Shown here in pieces: positions 9,103 to 19,748 of a stretch of 64,000 nucleotides of DNA. The position numbers and the translations under genes were made by a program. The first letter of the stretch is position 1. Each line of letters opens with the position of its first letter. A model generated the notes under the pieces. It searched no databases, had not been told where the DNA came from, and was given only the letters and a program-made list of their open reading frames with translations. Origin of the DNA: Bacteroidota bacterium (lineage in GTDB: Bacteria > Bacteroidota > Bacteroidia > NS11-12g > UBA955). Where the stretch lies: positions 856 to 64,855 of the forward strand of contig JAURFW010000011.1 in NCBI GenBank assembly GCA_030834125.1. The letters are read 5' to 3'.

Positions 9103-10620
9103 TTATTTCACAATGAGCTTGGTAGAACCAATTCCATTTTGGAATTCCATTCCTACCATGTATATGCCTGGAGTTAAGTTTATTTGATAAACATTGTGAG
9201 CACCTTGCACGTCAAGGTCTAATACCTGTTGACCATTCATATTACGAATAACAACTTTAGTTAAGTCGTTATTTTCCCAGTTGTTGTGAATGATAAGTTG
9301 ATTAGTGGCAGGGTTAGGAGCCACCGTTACGTTGCTTGCTAAATTTTCCTTAGAAATACCCATCGTTTCAATTAATCCTAAAGAAATAGCTATTCTTGGC
9401 GCAAAGTAGTTTGTGATGGTATCAATAAATTTCATTGCTCTCATTTTACTATGTAAAGGATTTGAAGCTTTAATACCACCTAAAATTGTGTTAACATCAT
9501 ATGGAGGTGATGGCAATTGCTTGATAGCCATTGTATCATACCATTCATATGGCCCAGATGCATTTTGCACACCAACAAATGGGTATAATCCATCTATACC
9601 ATCATTGACTTTATTAATTTCTGTTGTGTAGGCGTCCATGATTTTTCCTTTGTATGGAGCGGTATTACCTAATGATTCACAGCGTTTCATGATATCATAA
9701 CCTCCAGAAACCTCAACTACTTGTAAAGTAGTACCGGGCACATTTACCATACCAGTAGTGTAAGGGGCAAAAGGATCATAAACAGAATGTGCCCAAATGA
9801 ACGGAATTTCCCCTGCATCCATCCAACTAGTATCTCCCAAAGCACCGCCAATACCAAAAGCCAAAGCTGCTTCTGTAGTGTGTCCGGTGTTATTTTCTAC
9901 GTTGTAACCTGGAAATCCACCATAACCATGACGATCTCCCCAAACTGCATCGTTAACCATTGGATCACCGGTTGTAGGATCACGAAATTTATTAATTTTA
10001 ATCTCTGCTTGGTCATCCAAACTAGCAAACGCAGCAGACATGTAGCTACCCGTTCCTTGTCCACCAACTACTATCATTGTAGTGTCGATACCATAGAGGT
10101 TACCAAATAGATATTCATCCTTAAACCAACGGATACAAGCACTAACGTCTTGTACGCCTTTGTATGCAGCATTGATAATAGTACTTCTACGAACAGTTTC
10201 ATCTAATGATCTTGGATCCCAACCCATTCTATAACTCATGGATGCTACTGTGTATCCTTTTTTAGCAAACTCCATGCACATTGCTACCATTGAGCTATCA
10301 TCTTTATATCCAGTAGGTGTATTGTTTATGTAACGAGGAAGAAAACTTCCTGAATGCATTAAAATTATTAATGGTTTCGTTGAAACTGTATCGCTGCTTC
10401 CAACATAAATGTCCATCAATAAGTTTTGAAGAACGGGCTGAAAACCAGGAGTTGTTGTGTCAGCATCTCCGAATAACACAGTGTAGTTTTCTGCATACTT
10501 AACATCTTTCTCCACATAAATATCTAAATCAGTGAAGATGTTGTCTACATAGCGAGTTTGGGCATTAATAATTCCTCCCAAAAACACTGACAGACCTAAA
10601 AATAGTAAAGTTTTTTTCAT
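9103..10620 (-). CDS. T9SS type A cargo protein with a carboxylesterase/HSL-like alpha/beta-hydrolase fold and an atypical active site
   Basis: Signal peptide ending INA-Q. Fold motifs KPLIILMHSGSF, FAKKGYTVASMSYR, VQDVSACIRW and HSVYDPFAPY. C-terminal sorting domain VAPNPA...NLTPGIYMV...TKLIVK. Confidence 0.85.
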   Translation of the reverse strand: MKKTLLFLGLSVFLGGIINAQTRYVDNIFTDLDIYVEKDVKYAENYTVLFGDADTTTPGFQPVLQNLLMDIYVGSSDTVSTKPLIILMHSGSFLPRYINNTPTGYKDDSSMVAMCMEFAKKGYTVASMSYRMGWDPRSLDETVRRSTIINAAYKGVQDVSACIRWFKDEYLFGNLYGIDTTMIVVGGQGTGSYMSAAFASLDDQAEIKINKFRDPTTGDPMVNDAVWGDRHGYGGFPGYNVENNTGHTTEAALAFGIGGALGDTSWMDAGEIPFIWAHSVYDPFAPYTTGMVNVPGTTLQVVEVSGGYDIMKRCESLGNTAPYKGKIMDAYTTEINKVNDGIDGLYPFVGVQNASGPYEWYDTMAIKQLPSPPYDVNTILGGIKASNPLHSKMRAMKFIDTITNYFAPRIAISLGLIETMGISKENLASNVTVAPNPATNQLIIHNNWENNDLTKVVIRNMNGQQVLDLDVQGAHNVYQINLTPGIYMVGMEFQNGIGSTKLIVK

Positions 10621-10691
10621 ATTTGGTTTGATTTAATTTGTTGTATTGTATTCGAAATTAGGTAATTGCATTGATAAATTAATAATTTATT

Positions 10692-13553
10692 CTATATATC
10701 ATTAAGGTCAAATAGTAAACTAAAATATGCCATTCGACCAATTCTAGGTCCACCATAAACTTGCATTACCATATTGTTGGTAAGGTTTGAAGCGCCTAAT
10801 TTCAGCTGCATATTATATTTAGAAATTTCCTTCGCTAGCATCATATCTAACAAATAATATGAGTTGATTTCTCCTGTAAATTGGGGAGATCCTTCAAAAA
10901 GAAATCCTTGGACCCATTTGTAATTAATATTGAAAGACCAATGTTTAGTGTTTTTGATGGGAAAGTCATTTGCGGAAAAACTTATATTAAATTTATTCGG
11001 AGGGGTATTAAAGGCTGGAATAATAGGATCATCTTTATCTTGTTTAAACAGTTTATTATAACTGTAATTAAATCCAAAAGTATAATAGTCGCCGGCAAAA
11101 TAATTTAAACCAACGGAAAAACCATTAGTTAATACTGTACTTTTGGCATTGGTTGCTATTCGATAAACTTGACCCCCAATAATTTTTTTAATGGTAGGCT
11201 CTATGTAGGGGTCAAACCCAATAGTATAGCCAATGAAATCCTCATACTGACTGAAATATCCACTGGCGTCAACATTCAATTTATTATCGATTAAAAATGA
11301 TTTATATCCCAATTCTATACTTTGAACTTTTTCCGGAACAACTGGGTTTACATCAAAATATTTTAATAAATTTAACGATGGATTAGCGACTAGAAAATAG
11401 TCATTTAAAGATTCTAAAGTTACTAAATTTTTATAACCATTTAAATTTCCTAATAAAATTGCTCGGCCAACATTATAATATAGATATTGGTCTGCTAATG
11501 TAGGATTTCTTACACCTCGGTTTATTGATAATCTGTAGAAAGTAGTTCTATCTGGTGTGTAAACCAATGATAAGGCGGGAGAAACAATTGCGGGGAAATT
11601 GACATTTTTATCAGTTCTGAAGGTCGCATTTAGTTTCCATCTATTCATATCCCAACGTTTCTCATAACCAACATATGCTCCACCTTCGTAGTTCTGAATT
11701 ACTCTACCATTGGTATCGGAAAATATTGTTCCTGCGCTGTTTGGAGTATATAGTCTGCCACTACCTCCTATAATCAATTGTTGGGATGCCTTCCAATGAA
11801 AATGATGTTCAAATTGTATATTATATAGAGCACTTTTATCATAAAAGCCACTTCCTCCCTCTCCAAAACTCTTACGACCGGTAACCGAATTTTTTAATGA
11901 ATCAAAACGAGTTGTTCCTGGAACCAATCTATTATATGTTTCACCAAATGAATGAGGAAATCCACGGTAATCATTTGAACTATTTGCTTTATCCCTAGCT
12001 TCCTGGTGCCATTGCCTTAATAGGTCCTTATTGTTTACCAAAACATCATTTACCATTTTTCTGAAATACGCTGTATCATCGGCAGGGAAAAAGTTGGCAT
12101 CATAACCTGGTAGAGACTTCACTCTATTGGCAATTTTAGAATAATAATAATTATAGTAGTCTCCACCCCATAAATCTGAAGGTTTCGTAAGCTCTTGCAT
12201 AATCAATGCAGTAAACACGGCATCGTAGGTATTTCCAGCGTCTTCATGGGTTGAGTAAACTCTGAAGAATCCATTTTTGTGCTTGAATTCTAGTCTATTT
12301 TGAAAAAATCGGATATCATTTAAACTGTAGCGATTATCTCCTTGATAAACAGTTGTACCCATTCCAAAATTAGACTGATAAATAAACTCTGTTGATTTGT
12401 CTTTAAATGGTTTAAAAGCTAAAGTTGCAGATGTTTTTAAATTGTAGGTATTGTAGTCTACTATATCACTTTCCCAATAACCATCTCGATAATATCGATT
12501 TAAACCTGGGGTCTGGTACATGCCAGTAAGGGAGGTTTGATCGTATTCTCCTGGTCTCAATATTTCATCACCGTATTTATTAACAGCATCATATCCTCCA
12601 GGATTATCTCGTTTTACCGCGCTGCCGTATATAGGATCGGCGTTATCTGCAACCCAATCATATGCTTTTAGGTAAAAGAAGTTCAACTTAAAACCGAAAA
12701 TATCTTCTTTATTATTATTTTGAAAAACCTTTGCGTATCGAAGAGAATTCTCTATTAATTGTCTTTCACCTACTTTGAATTTATAACTAAAACCGGGTGT
12801 TTTCCATAAATTTTTGGTGGTTAAGCTAATTACCCCATTAAATGCTCCTGGACCATAAAATGCACTGCTAGCACCAACAATTATTTCTTGATTGGCGACA
12901 TCAAGTTCTGATGCACCTAGAAAGTTACCCAAAGAAAAGTTGAGGCCTGGACTTTGATTATCTACGCCATCAATAATTTGTAATGTTCTTACAGGTGAGG
13001 TTGAATTAAAACCGCGCGTATTTACAATCCTAAAACCAAGAGATGCAGCTGTTACATCCACTCCTTTTAAATGTCCAAGCGCCTCATAAAAATCAGATGC
13101 TGGAGTTGCTTTTATGCTTTGAGCAGACATGCTTTCAATAGTCAGAGGAGATTCTTTTAACTTCTCCTTTAATCTGTTTTGTTTGATGGTAACAGTCTCA
13201 ATTCTATCTATTTCTTTAGGATTTTCTGCTTTCGCGTTTTCAATCTCATAAGGGATGTAAATTATCCATGGGTCAGCATCTTCCTCATATTTAATAATTT
13301 GAGATATATCTCCAATTTTTAAATACATTATTTCACGTGCAATAGAGGATCTTTCAATTTCAAATTTTCCATTTTCATCGGTAATTGCTATTGTATTGGA
13401 GAAACGATTAACGATGGCAACATTTGGTATTGGTTTTTTCCCTGTTTGAGATTTAACGTAGCCTTCTAATAATGGTACTTGAGCAAGAACAGTGGCATAG
13501 GTGAGAACCCATAAAAATAAGAGTAATATTTTTCTCATAAATTCTAGCAGCAT
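10692..13553 (-). CDS. TonB-dependent outer membrane receptor
   Basis: Signal peptide ending VLA-Q; plug motif INTRGF-like VNTRGFNSTSPVRTLQIIDGVDNQSPGLNF; barrel end GASNLTNN...GGPRIGRMAYFSLLFD. The start could be ATG 13538 instead. Confidence 0.92.
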   Translation of the reverse strand: MLLEFMRKILLLFLWVLTYATVLAQVPLLEGYVKSQTGKKPIPNVAIVNRFSNTIAITDENGKFEIERSSIAREIMYLKIGDISQIIKYEEDADPWIIYIPYEIENAKAENPKEIDRIETVTIKQNRLKEKLKESPLTIESMSAQSIKATPASDFYEALGHLKGVDVTAASLGFRIVNTRGFNSTSPVRTLQIIDGVDNQSPGLNFSLGNFLGASELDVANQEIIVGASSAFYGPGAFNGVISLTTKNLWKTPGFSYKFKVGERQLIENSLRYAKVFQNNNKEDIFGFKLNFFYLKAYDWVADNADPIYGSAVKRDNPGGYDAVNKYGDEILRPGEYDQTSLTGMYQTPGLNRYYRDGYWESDIVDYNTYNLKTSATLAFKPFKDKSTEFIYQSNFGMGTTVYQGDNRYSLNDIRFFQNRLEFKHKNGFFRVYSTHEDAGNTYDAVFTALIMQELTKPSDLWGGDYYNYYYSKIANRVKSLPGYDANFFPADDTAYFRKMVNDVLVNNKDLLRQWHQEARDKANSSNDYRGFPHSFGETYNRLVPGTTRFDSLKNSVTGRKSFGEGGSGFYDKSALYNIQFEHHFHWKASQQLIIGGSGRLYTPNSAGTIFSDTNGRVIQNYEGGAYVGYEKRWDMNRWKLNATFRTDKNVNFPAIVSPALSLVYTPDRTTFYRLSINRGVRNPTLADQYLYYNVGRAILLGNLNGYKNLVTLESLNDYFLVANPSLNLLKYFDVNPVVPEKVQSIELGYKSFLIDNKLNVDASGYFSQYEDFIGYTIGFDPYIEPTIKKIIGGQVYRIATNAKSTVLTNGFSVGLNYFAGDYYTFGFNYSYNKLFKQDKDDPIIPAFNTPPNKFNISFSANDFPIKNTKHWSFNINYKWVQGFLFEGSPQFTGEINSYYLLDMMLAKEISKYNMQLKLGASNLTNNMVMQVYGGPRIGRMAYFSLLFDLNDI

Positions 13554-13596
13554 GCAATATAATGATTAAATGTTTTTACAAGAAGATAGTGAGTAA

Positions 13597-13619
13597 TTCA
13601 TTTAATGTTAATAAATGAA
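13597..13619. promoter_or_regulatory. Inverted repeat in a divergent promoter region (possible operator)
   Basis: TTCATTTA-N7-TAAATGAA. Confidence 0.35.
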
Positions 13620-13677
13620 CAGTTTTAGTCTGTTTTCGGCACTATTGGTTGATTATTTTGTAAAATTGCAGTCCTAA

Positions 13678-15723
13678 ATGGTAGAGAAAAAGGTTTTATT
13701 GGAGGCTTGGCGTTTGATGCAAACGGCGAGAGCAATGGCAAAAATCTACGACGAAAATCGTAGCATTACAAAATATGTGCATAGTACTTCAAAGGGTCAT
13801 GAAGCAATTCAAATTGCTACTGGAATGCACCTTAAACCAATAGACTATGTATATCCTTATTACCGTGATGAAAGTATGCTTCTTGCAATGGGGATGGAGC
13901 CTTATGAGTTGATGTTGCAATTACTTGCAAAAGCTGAAGATCCATTTTCCGGTGGTAGGACCTACTATTCACATCCCTCTCTTGATCGCCCTAAAATGCC
14001 TAAAATGCCTCATCAAAGCTCTGCAACGGGTATGCAGGCAATTCCTGCTACAGGCGCTGCGCATGGCATCAAGTTTAAAGAAAATCATGATTTATTAAAG
14101 GGTGCAGAAAAGCCGGTAGTTGTTTGTTCATTAGGAGATGGTTCTGTGACCGAAGGTGAGGTTGCGGAAGCAATGCAAATGGCTGTTTTAAAAAAACTTC
14201 CAATTATTTATTTAATTCAAGATAACGATTGGGGAATTTCAGCATCTGTTGATGAAATGAGGGCCATGGATGCCTTTGAATATGGATTAGGTTTTAAAGG
14301 TCTCAGGAGAATTAGAATCAATGGTTCTGATTTTGTTCAGTGTCACGATGAGATGAAACGGGCCATTGAAACCGTTAGAGAAAAAAGAGAACCATTATTA
14401 GTCCATGTGAAAGTACCATTATTAGGACACCATACTAGTGGTGTTAGAAGTGAATGGTATCGCGATGATTTAGAAAAGCATGAAAGAATTGATCCTCTTC
14501 CAAGATTATATAATTTACTGTTAAGTTTAGCCGAGACTGATTTGAGCCTCGATGCAATAACTGCAGAAGCTCAAAAAGCAGTGAAAGTAGCTTTTGAAAA
14601 AGCTGTCGCTGCTGAAGAGCCAAAGCCTGAAACTTTATGGGACCATATTGAAGCACCTACTGAGATCACCGAAGAAAAAGGTGAGCGCTCACCTGCGGAT
14701 CGTGAACCAGTTGTAATGGTAGATGCAGCATTATTTGCTGTAGATGAAATATTAAAATCCCATCCAGAAGCTTTACTTTATGGACAAGATGTGGGACACA
14801 GGCTTGGAGGAGTATTTCGTGAAGCTGCCACTTTAGCAGAGAAGTATGGAGAGAATAGAGTTTTTAATACGCCAATCCAAGAAGCATACATAGTTGGTAG
14901 TACTGCAGGAATGAGCGCTGTTGGATTAAAACCAATAGTTGAAATTCAATTTGCAGATTATATATGGCCAGGGATAAACCAATTAGTTACTGAATTATCT
15001 AAGAGCTCCTATTTATCAATGGGTAAATACCCTGTTTCAAGTATTATTCGTGTTCCAACAGGTGCTTATGGTGGCGGTGGACCATATCATTCTGGAACAG
15101 TAGAAAGCAGTATACTACCCATTAAGGGAATTAAGATTGCTTACCCGAGCACTGCAGCTGATATGAAAGGTTTAATGAAATCAGCTTTTTATGATCCAAA
15201 TCCTGTGATAATGTTTGAACACAAAGGATTGTATTGGAGTAAAGTTCCTGGAACCGAATTAGCCAAAACGCCTGAACCTTCAGAAGATTATGTGATACCT
15301 TTTGGTAAGGGTAGAACAGTAATAAATTGCTCTGAAGAATATTTTGAAAAGGGAGAAACTATTGGCGTTGTAACATATGGAATGGGAGTCTATTGGGCTC
15401 TTGACGCGGCCAAAAAACTAGAAGGAAAAGTAGAGATTTTTGACCTACGTACTTTAGCACCATATGACAAAGAAGGAGTATACGAGTTGATAAAAAAGCA
15501 TGGTAAACTTCTAATTATTACTGAGGAAACAATAACCAATAGTTTTGCAGAATCATTAGCGGGCAGAGTGGCTAGAGATTGTTTCCAAGACCTTGATGCT
15601 CCTGTGCAAACCATAGGGAGCGAAGATATTCCCGCTGTGCCGTTAAACATGGGGATGGAAAGCGTGATGCTACCTAATGCCGATAAAGTATTTGAAAAAA
15701 TGTCGTATTTGTTGAGCTATTAA
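13678..15723 (+). CDS. 2-oxoacid (probably branched-chain) dehydrogenase E1, fused alpha and beta subunits
   Basis: ThDP-binding motif GDGSVTEGE...IQDNDWGIS, then GHHTSG; beta-subunit motifs VFNTPIQE, EIQFADY and GGPYHS. Confidence 0.92.
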   Translation: MVEKKVLLEAWRLMQTARAMAKIYDENRSITKYVHSTSKGHEAIQIATGMHLKPIDYVYPYYRDESMLLAMGMEPYELMLQLLAKAEDPFSGGRTYYSHPSLDRPKMPKMPHQSSATGMQAIPATGAAHGIKFKENHDLLKGAEKPVVVCSLGDGSVTEGEVAEAMQMAVLKKLPIIYLIQDNDWGISASVDEMRAMDAFEYGLGFKGLRRIRINGSDFVQCHDEMKRAIETVREKREPLLVHVKVPLLGHHTSGVRSEWYRDDLEKHERIDPLPRLYNLLLSLAETDLSLDAITAEAQKAVKVAFEKAVAAEEPKPETLWDHIEAPTEITEEKGERSPADREPVVMVDAALFAVDEILKSHPEALLYGQDVGHRLGGVFREAATLAEKYGENRVFNTPIQEAYIVGSTAGMSAVGLKPIVEIQFADYIWPGINQLVTELSKSSYLSMGKYPVSSIIRVPTGAYGGGGPYHSGTVESSILPIKGIKIAYPSTAADMKGLMKSAFYDPNPVIMFEHKGLYWSKVPGTELAKTPEPSEDYVIPFGKGRTVINCSEEYFEKGETIGVVTYGMGVYWALDAAKKLEGKVEIFDLRTLAPYDKEGVYELIKKHGKLLIITEETITNSFAESLAGRVARDCFQDLDAPVQTIGSEDIPAVPLNMGMESVMLPNADKVFEKMSYLLSY

Positions 15724-15724
15724 T

Positions 15725-17104
15725 TTAGTTCAATAACCACTTTATTAGTTTTAAAGCGCCTTTAGAATGGGGTGGATATTTTTGCTTTAAATCGAACCAG
15801 TTTCCTGTTTTTACAATGCTTCTTTTATGTGAAAAAGCTTGGAATCCATATTCCCCATGGTAGGCGCCATAACCCGAATTACCAATTCCACCAAAAGGAA
15901 GTTCAGGTTCAACAATGTGCATCAGCGTATTATTAATAGACCCTCCACCAAAAGAGATTTTTTGGAGAATAGAATTCTCTAGTTTTGTATCATTTGCAAA
16001 TAAATAAAGACTTAAAGGATTCGAATTTTTTGCAATAATTGGGAAAATATCTTCCTCATTAATAAATGTGAACACAGGTGCAATTGGCCCAAAAATTTCT
16101 TCTTTCATTATGGGCGAATCTAATTCGGCCGAAACCAATGTAGGCTCTATTTTCAATTTTTCTTTTGAGTAATTTCCACCATATAGAATTTCCGTTTTAT
16201 CCAATAAGTTAATTAAACGATTAAAATGATTTTCATTAATTATACGGGTATAATTTGGGTTGTTTATACCACCATCAGCTCCATAAAAGTCACGAACTAC
16301 TTCCTTGTACATTAAGATAAAATCATCTTTTATCTTTTCATGCACAATAAAGTAATCTGGAGCGACACAAGTTTGACCGGCATTAAGGCATTTTCCAAAT
16401 ACAATTCTTTTTACAGATACTTCTAAGGATGCCGTTTTATCTAAAATACAGGGACTTTTACCTCCGAGTTCTAAAATACTAGGAACTAGGCTTTCTGCAG
16501 CTTGTTTTGCTATGATTTTTCCTACTTGAGTGCTACCTGTGAAAAATACAATGTTCGGCTCAAAATCGTTAAAAACTTGAGGAATAACGACTTTACCATC
16601 GCCCAATACAACCCTTGCTATTTTAGGATCGAAATTTTCATGAATCAACTTTTCAATAAGGTTGGCGATGTTTGGAGTAAGTTCAGAAGGTTTAAGCAAA
16701 ACACTATTGCCTGCTGCTAAAGCGGCAATCATAGGTGCAATAGTTAACTGGAAAGGATAATTCCAAGGGGCAATTATTAATGCCTTACCAAATGGAACAT
16801 ATTGAATTTTTGCCCGAGAGGGAAATAATGAAATTGAACTAATAATTTGTTTATCAGCGGCCCAGTGCGAGAGATTTTTGAGTGTAAGATTAATTTCCTG
16901 ATAAAGAAATCCAATTTCTGAAGAAAATGCTTCAAATTCTGATTTTCCTAGATCTTGATTTAACGCTTGTAAAATGGCAGATTCGTTATTCTTAATCACA
17001 TTTTTTAGATGTTTCAGAATAGTTTTACGCTCTTTAATACTAAAGCTGCCTTCTTGAACGAATGTGGATTGAAGGTTGCTTATTTCAGAAATTGTAGGAT
17101 TCAT
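15725..17104 (-). CDS. Aldehyde dehydrogenase (ALDH3 / fatty aldehyde-like)
   Basis: IAPWNYP, FFTGS, LELGGKSP, NAGQTCVAPDY, EEIFGP and PFGGIGNSG. Confidence 0.95.
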   Translation of the reverse strand: MNPTISEISNLQSTFVQEGSFSIKERKTILKHLKNVIKNNESAILQALNQDLGKSEFEAFSSEIGFLYQEINLTLKNLSHWAADKQIISSISLFPSRAKIQYVPFGKALIIAPWNYPFQLTIAPMIAALAAGNSVLLKPSELTPNIANLIEKLIHENFDPKIARVVLGDGKVVIPQVFNDFEPNIVFFTGSTQVGKIIAKQAAESLVPSILELGGKSPCILDKTASLEVSVKRIVFGKCLNAGQTCVAPDYFIVHEKIKDDFILMYKEVVRDFYGADGGINNPNYTRIINENHFNRLINLLDKTEILYGGNYSKEKLKIEPTLVSAELDSPIMKEEIFGPIAPVFTFINEEDIFPIIAKNSNPLSLYLFANDTKLENSILQKISFGGGSINNTLMHIVEPELPFGGIGNSGYGAYHGEYGFQAFSHKRSIVKTGNWFDLKQKYPPHSKGALKLIKWLLN

Positions 17105-17116
17105 GATTTTTCAATA

Positions 17117-17569
17117 TCAATAACAATCTTGAATAAAATATAGATTGTTATTCAAGATAATTTTATCACCTTTTTGTTTTCCAACTAAAAGCTTGCCCAA
17201 CGGAGAACTAGGAGAGACCGTTTTTATGGTTACTTTATTTTCAATCTTTAAATCCCCAATTGAAACACCTATAAAAATTGAAATATTAAGTTTATTAAAA
17301 ACAAGGTTTACGATGTTGCCATTTTGTATGTATTGATAATTTGGATTGAGTTCTGACACAAAAATCTGATTTTCAAGATTTGCAAGTTGTTCCTGAGTTC
17401 TAGTGATTTCTTGTTGTATCATTTCTCGTTGAGTTTCATATTTATCCCCCATGCTGCTTTTTGTTTCTTGTTGTAATGACAATTGTAAATCGTGTATTTC
17501 ATTTTTAAGTTCATTTTTTAATGAATCAAATCTGATTTTGATTTTATCAATAACTTCTCTGCGATCCAT
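17117..17569 (-). CDS. GreA/GreB-like protein (Bacteroidota type)
   Basis: Coiled coil with ETKSSMGDKYET at the tip, and a C-terminal SPSSPLGKLLVGKQKGD. ATG 17569 is preferred over TTG 17581. Confidence 0.75.
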   Translation of the reverse strand: MDRREVIDKIKIRFDSLKNELKNEIHDLQLSLQQETKSSMGDKYETQREMIQQEITRTQEQLANLENQIFVSELNPNYQYIQNGNIVNLVFNKLNISIFIGVSIGDLKIENKVTIKTVSPSSPLGKLLVGKQKGDKIILNNNLYFIQDCY

Positions 17570-17662
17570 GATTAATTGCAAATATGCATAATGTTTATCC
17601 GATAGAATGCTAGTTTGAAACGAAATAATAAATAATCTTTAATATTTGGATTAAAGGCATTG

Positions 17663-17670
17663 TACCTTTG
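17663..17670 (+). promoter_or_regulatory. -7 promoter box 4 nt before the ribBA ATG
   Basis: TACCTTTG-tact-ATG. Confidence 0.7.
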
Positions 17671-17674
17671 TACT

Positions 17675-18889
17675 ATGAGTAATGAGTCTTTTACATTAAA
17701 TACAATTGAAGAAGCAATCCAAGATATAAAAGAGGGAAAAGTTGTGATTGTAGTTGATGATGAGGATCGAGAAAATGAAGGTGATTTTTTAACCGCTGCA
17801 CGAAATATGACTCCTGAATTAGTCAATTTCATGGCTAAGGAGGGTAGAGGGCTGATATGTGTTCCATTAACAGAGGAAAGATGTGATTCTTTGGGACTGG
17901 AAATGATGGTGGGTAAAAATACGGCTACACACGAAACTGCCTTTACCGTTTCTGTAGATCTTCTCGGACATGGTTGTACCACAGGAATTTCTGCTCATGA
18001 TAGGTCAAAAACAATTTTAGCACTTACAGATGATAGTATTGATAAAAATGAGTTGGGAAGACCAGGACATATTTTCCCGCTAAAGGCTAAATCTGAAGGT
18101 GTATTGCGTAGAGCGGGACATACAGAAGCTGCAATTGATTTATCTCGTATGGCAGGATTTGAACCCGCCGGATGTATTGTTGAAATTCTCAATGAGGATG
18201 GTACTATGGCACGTTTACCTGATCTAATTGAAGTTTCAAAAAAGTTTGATCTTAAAATTATTAGTATAGAACAGTTAATAGAATATAGAATTAAAAATGA
18301 GAGTTTAATTCAACGTGAAATTTCTGTTCAGATGCCTACCCAAGTTGGCGAATTTGATCTTGTGGCTTACAAGCAAAAGGATACTCATCAAGAACACCTT
18401 GCATTAATTAAAGGTACTTGGAATGAGGATGAAGAAATTTTAGTAAGAGTGCATTCTAGTTGTTTAACTGGAGATATTTTTGGAAGTTGTAGATGTGACT
18501 GTGGGGAGCAATTAAAGAGGGCTATGGAACTTATTGAAGAAGAAGGAAGAGGCGTTATTGTCTATATGAATCAAGAGGGTCGAGGAATAGGATTGTTAAA
18601 TAAATTGCGAGCCTACAAATTACAAGAACAAGGCTTAGATACGGTGGAAGCCAATATAAAACTTGGCTTTAATATGGATGAAAGAGATTACGGAATAGGT
18701 GCTCAAATTTTAAGAGATCTAGGTGTTGGGAAGATGAGGTTAATGAGTAATAATCCTAGAAAGAGAACGGGTTTGATTGGGTATGGATTAGAAATAGTAG
18801 ATAATGTTCCGCTACAAGTTCCAGCAAATCCACACAATGCCAAGTATTTAGATACTAAAAAGATAAAAATGGGACATACATTAAAATAG
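17675..18889 (+). CDS. ribBA: Bifunctional DHBP synthase / GTP cyclohydrolase II
   Basis: [34 protein letters not shown] and QEGRGIG motifs. Start moved from TTG 17660 to ATG 17675. Confidence 0.97.
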   Translation: MSNESFTLNTIEEAIQDIKEGKVVIVVDDEDRENEGDFLTAARNMTPELVNFMAKEGRGLICVPLTEERCDSLGLEMMVGKNTATHETAFTVSVDLLGHGCTTGISAHDRSKTILALTDDSIDKNELGRPGHIFPLKAKSEGVLRRAGHTEAAIDLSRMAGFEPAGCIVEILNEDGTMARLPDLIEVSKKFDLKIISIEQLIEYRIKNESLIQREISVQMPTQVGEFDLVAYKQKDTHQEHLALIKGTWNEDEEILVRVHSSCLTGDIFGSCRCDCGEQLKRAMELIEEEGRGVIVYMNQEGRGIGLLNKLRAYKLQEQGLDTVEANIKLGFNMDERDYGIGAQILRDLGVGKMRLMSNNPRKRTGLIGYGLEIVDNVPLQVPANPHNAKYLDTKKIKMGHTLK

Positions 18890-18897
18890 TAATTAAG

Positions 18898-19740
18898 ATG
18901 AAGACAATTATTCCAGGTGAAATTCCAATTCCACAATTACATCAATTTTTAATAGGAAGTGTAGCACCACGTCCAATATGTTTTGCAAGTACAATCGATT
19001 CCCAAGGGATCCCGAATTTAGCTCCATTTAGCTTTTTTAATGTGTTTAGCGCAAATCCTCCAATTTTAATATTTGCACCAAATAATAGCGGACGCACTGG
19101 TCTGCCAAAAGACACTTTGCTTAATGTAAAACAGGTTCCAGAAGTGGTTATTAACATGGTGAATTTTGAGATGGTTGAGAAGATGAATGTGGCAGCCGCT
19201 CCATGGGATAAAGGAATAAGTGAATTTGATAAAGCTGGGTTTACTGCACTTGATTCAGATATAGTTAAACCATTTAGAGTTAAGGAATCACCAGTTCAAA
19301 TTGAATGTAAGGTTCTTGAAGTTAAAGAAATGGGTACCGGCGGAGGTGCTGGAAACATTGTGATTTGTCAGGTAGAAAAATTGCACATTGAAGAGGCTAT
19401 TTTAAATGAAGAAGGTAAGATAGATCAAAATAAGATAGACCTTGTGGGTCGTTTGGGTGGTAGTTGGTATTCTCGATCAAACTCACCCTCTTTATTTGAG
19501 TTAAAACAACCCATGCAGGCAACTATTGGATATGACGCTTTGCCCAAGTCTTTAAAAGAAAGTTTGTTGGTTTCAGCTAATATAATTGGTAAAATTTCTT
19601 CGCTGTTAGAATGGCCCTCGAATGATCAAATTACAAAGGCCAAGGAAAACTTAGAAAGCCGCTCACTGGAAGATTTAGTTAATGAATCGATTCAAAAAGA
19701 GGACTTTGTTAGTGTTTTATCGCTGTATTTAACACATTAA
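18898..19740 (+). CDS. Flavin reductase family protein (DIM6/NTAB)
   Basis: VAPRPI, NLAPFSFFN, KDTLLN, VKESPVQIEC and VGRLGGSWY. Confidence 0.9.
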   Translation: MKTIIPGEIPIPQLHQFLIGSVAPRPICFASTIDSQGIPNLAPFSFFNVFSANPPILIFAPNNSGRTGLPKDTLLNVKQVPEVVINMVNFEMVEKMNVAAAPWDKGISEFDKAGFTALDSDIVKPFRVKESPVQIECKVLEVKEMGTGGGAGNIVICQVEKLHIEEAILNEEGKIDQNKIDLVGRLGGSWYSRSNSPSLFELKQPMQATIGYDALPKSLKESLLVSANIIGKISSLLEWPSNDQITKAKENLESRSLEDLVNESIQKEDFVSVLSLYLTH

Positions 19741-19748
19741 ACTATTGA

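Noticed and set aside
17570-17675. FMN riboswitch upstream of ribBA
   Set aside because: No RFN consensus, and the promoter box is 4 nt from the ATG, which leaves no leader.
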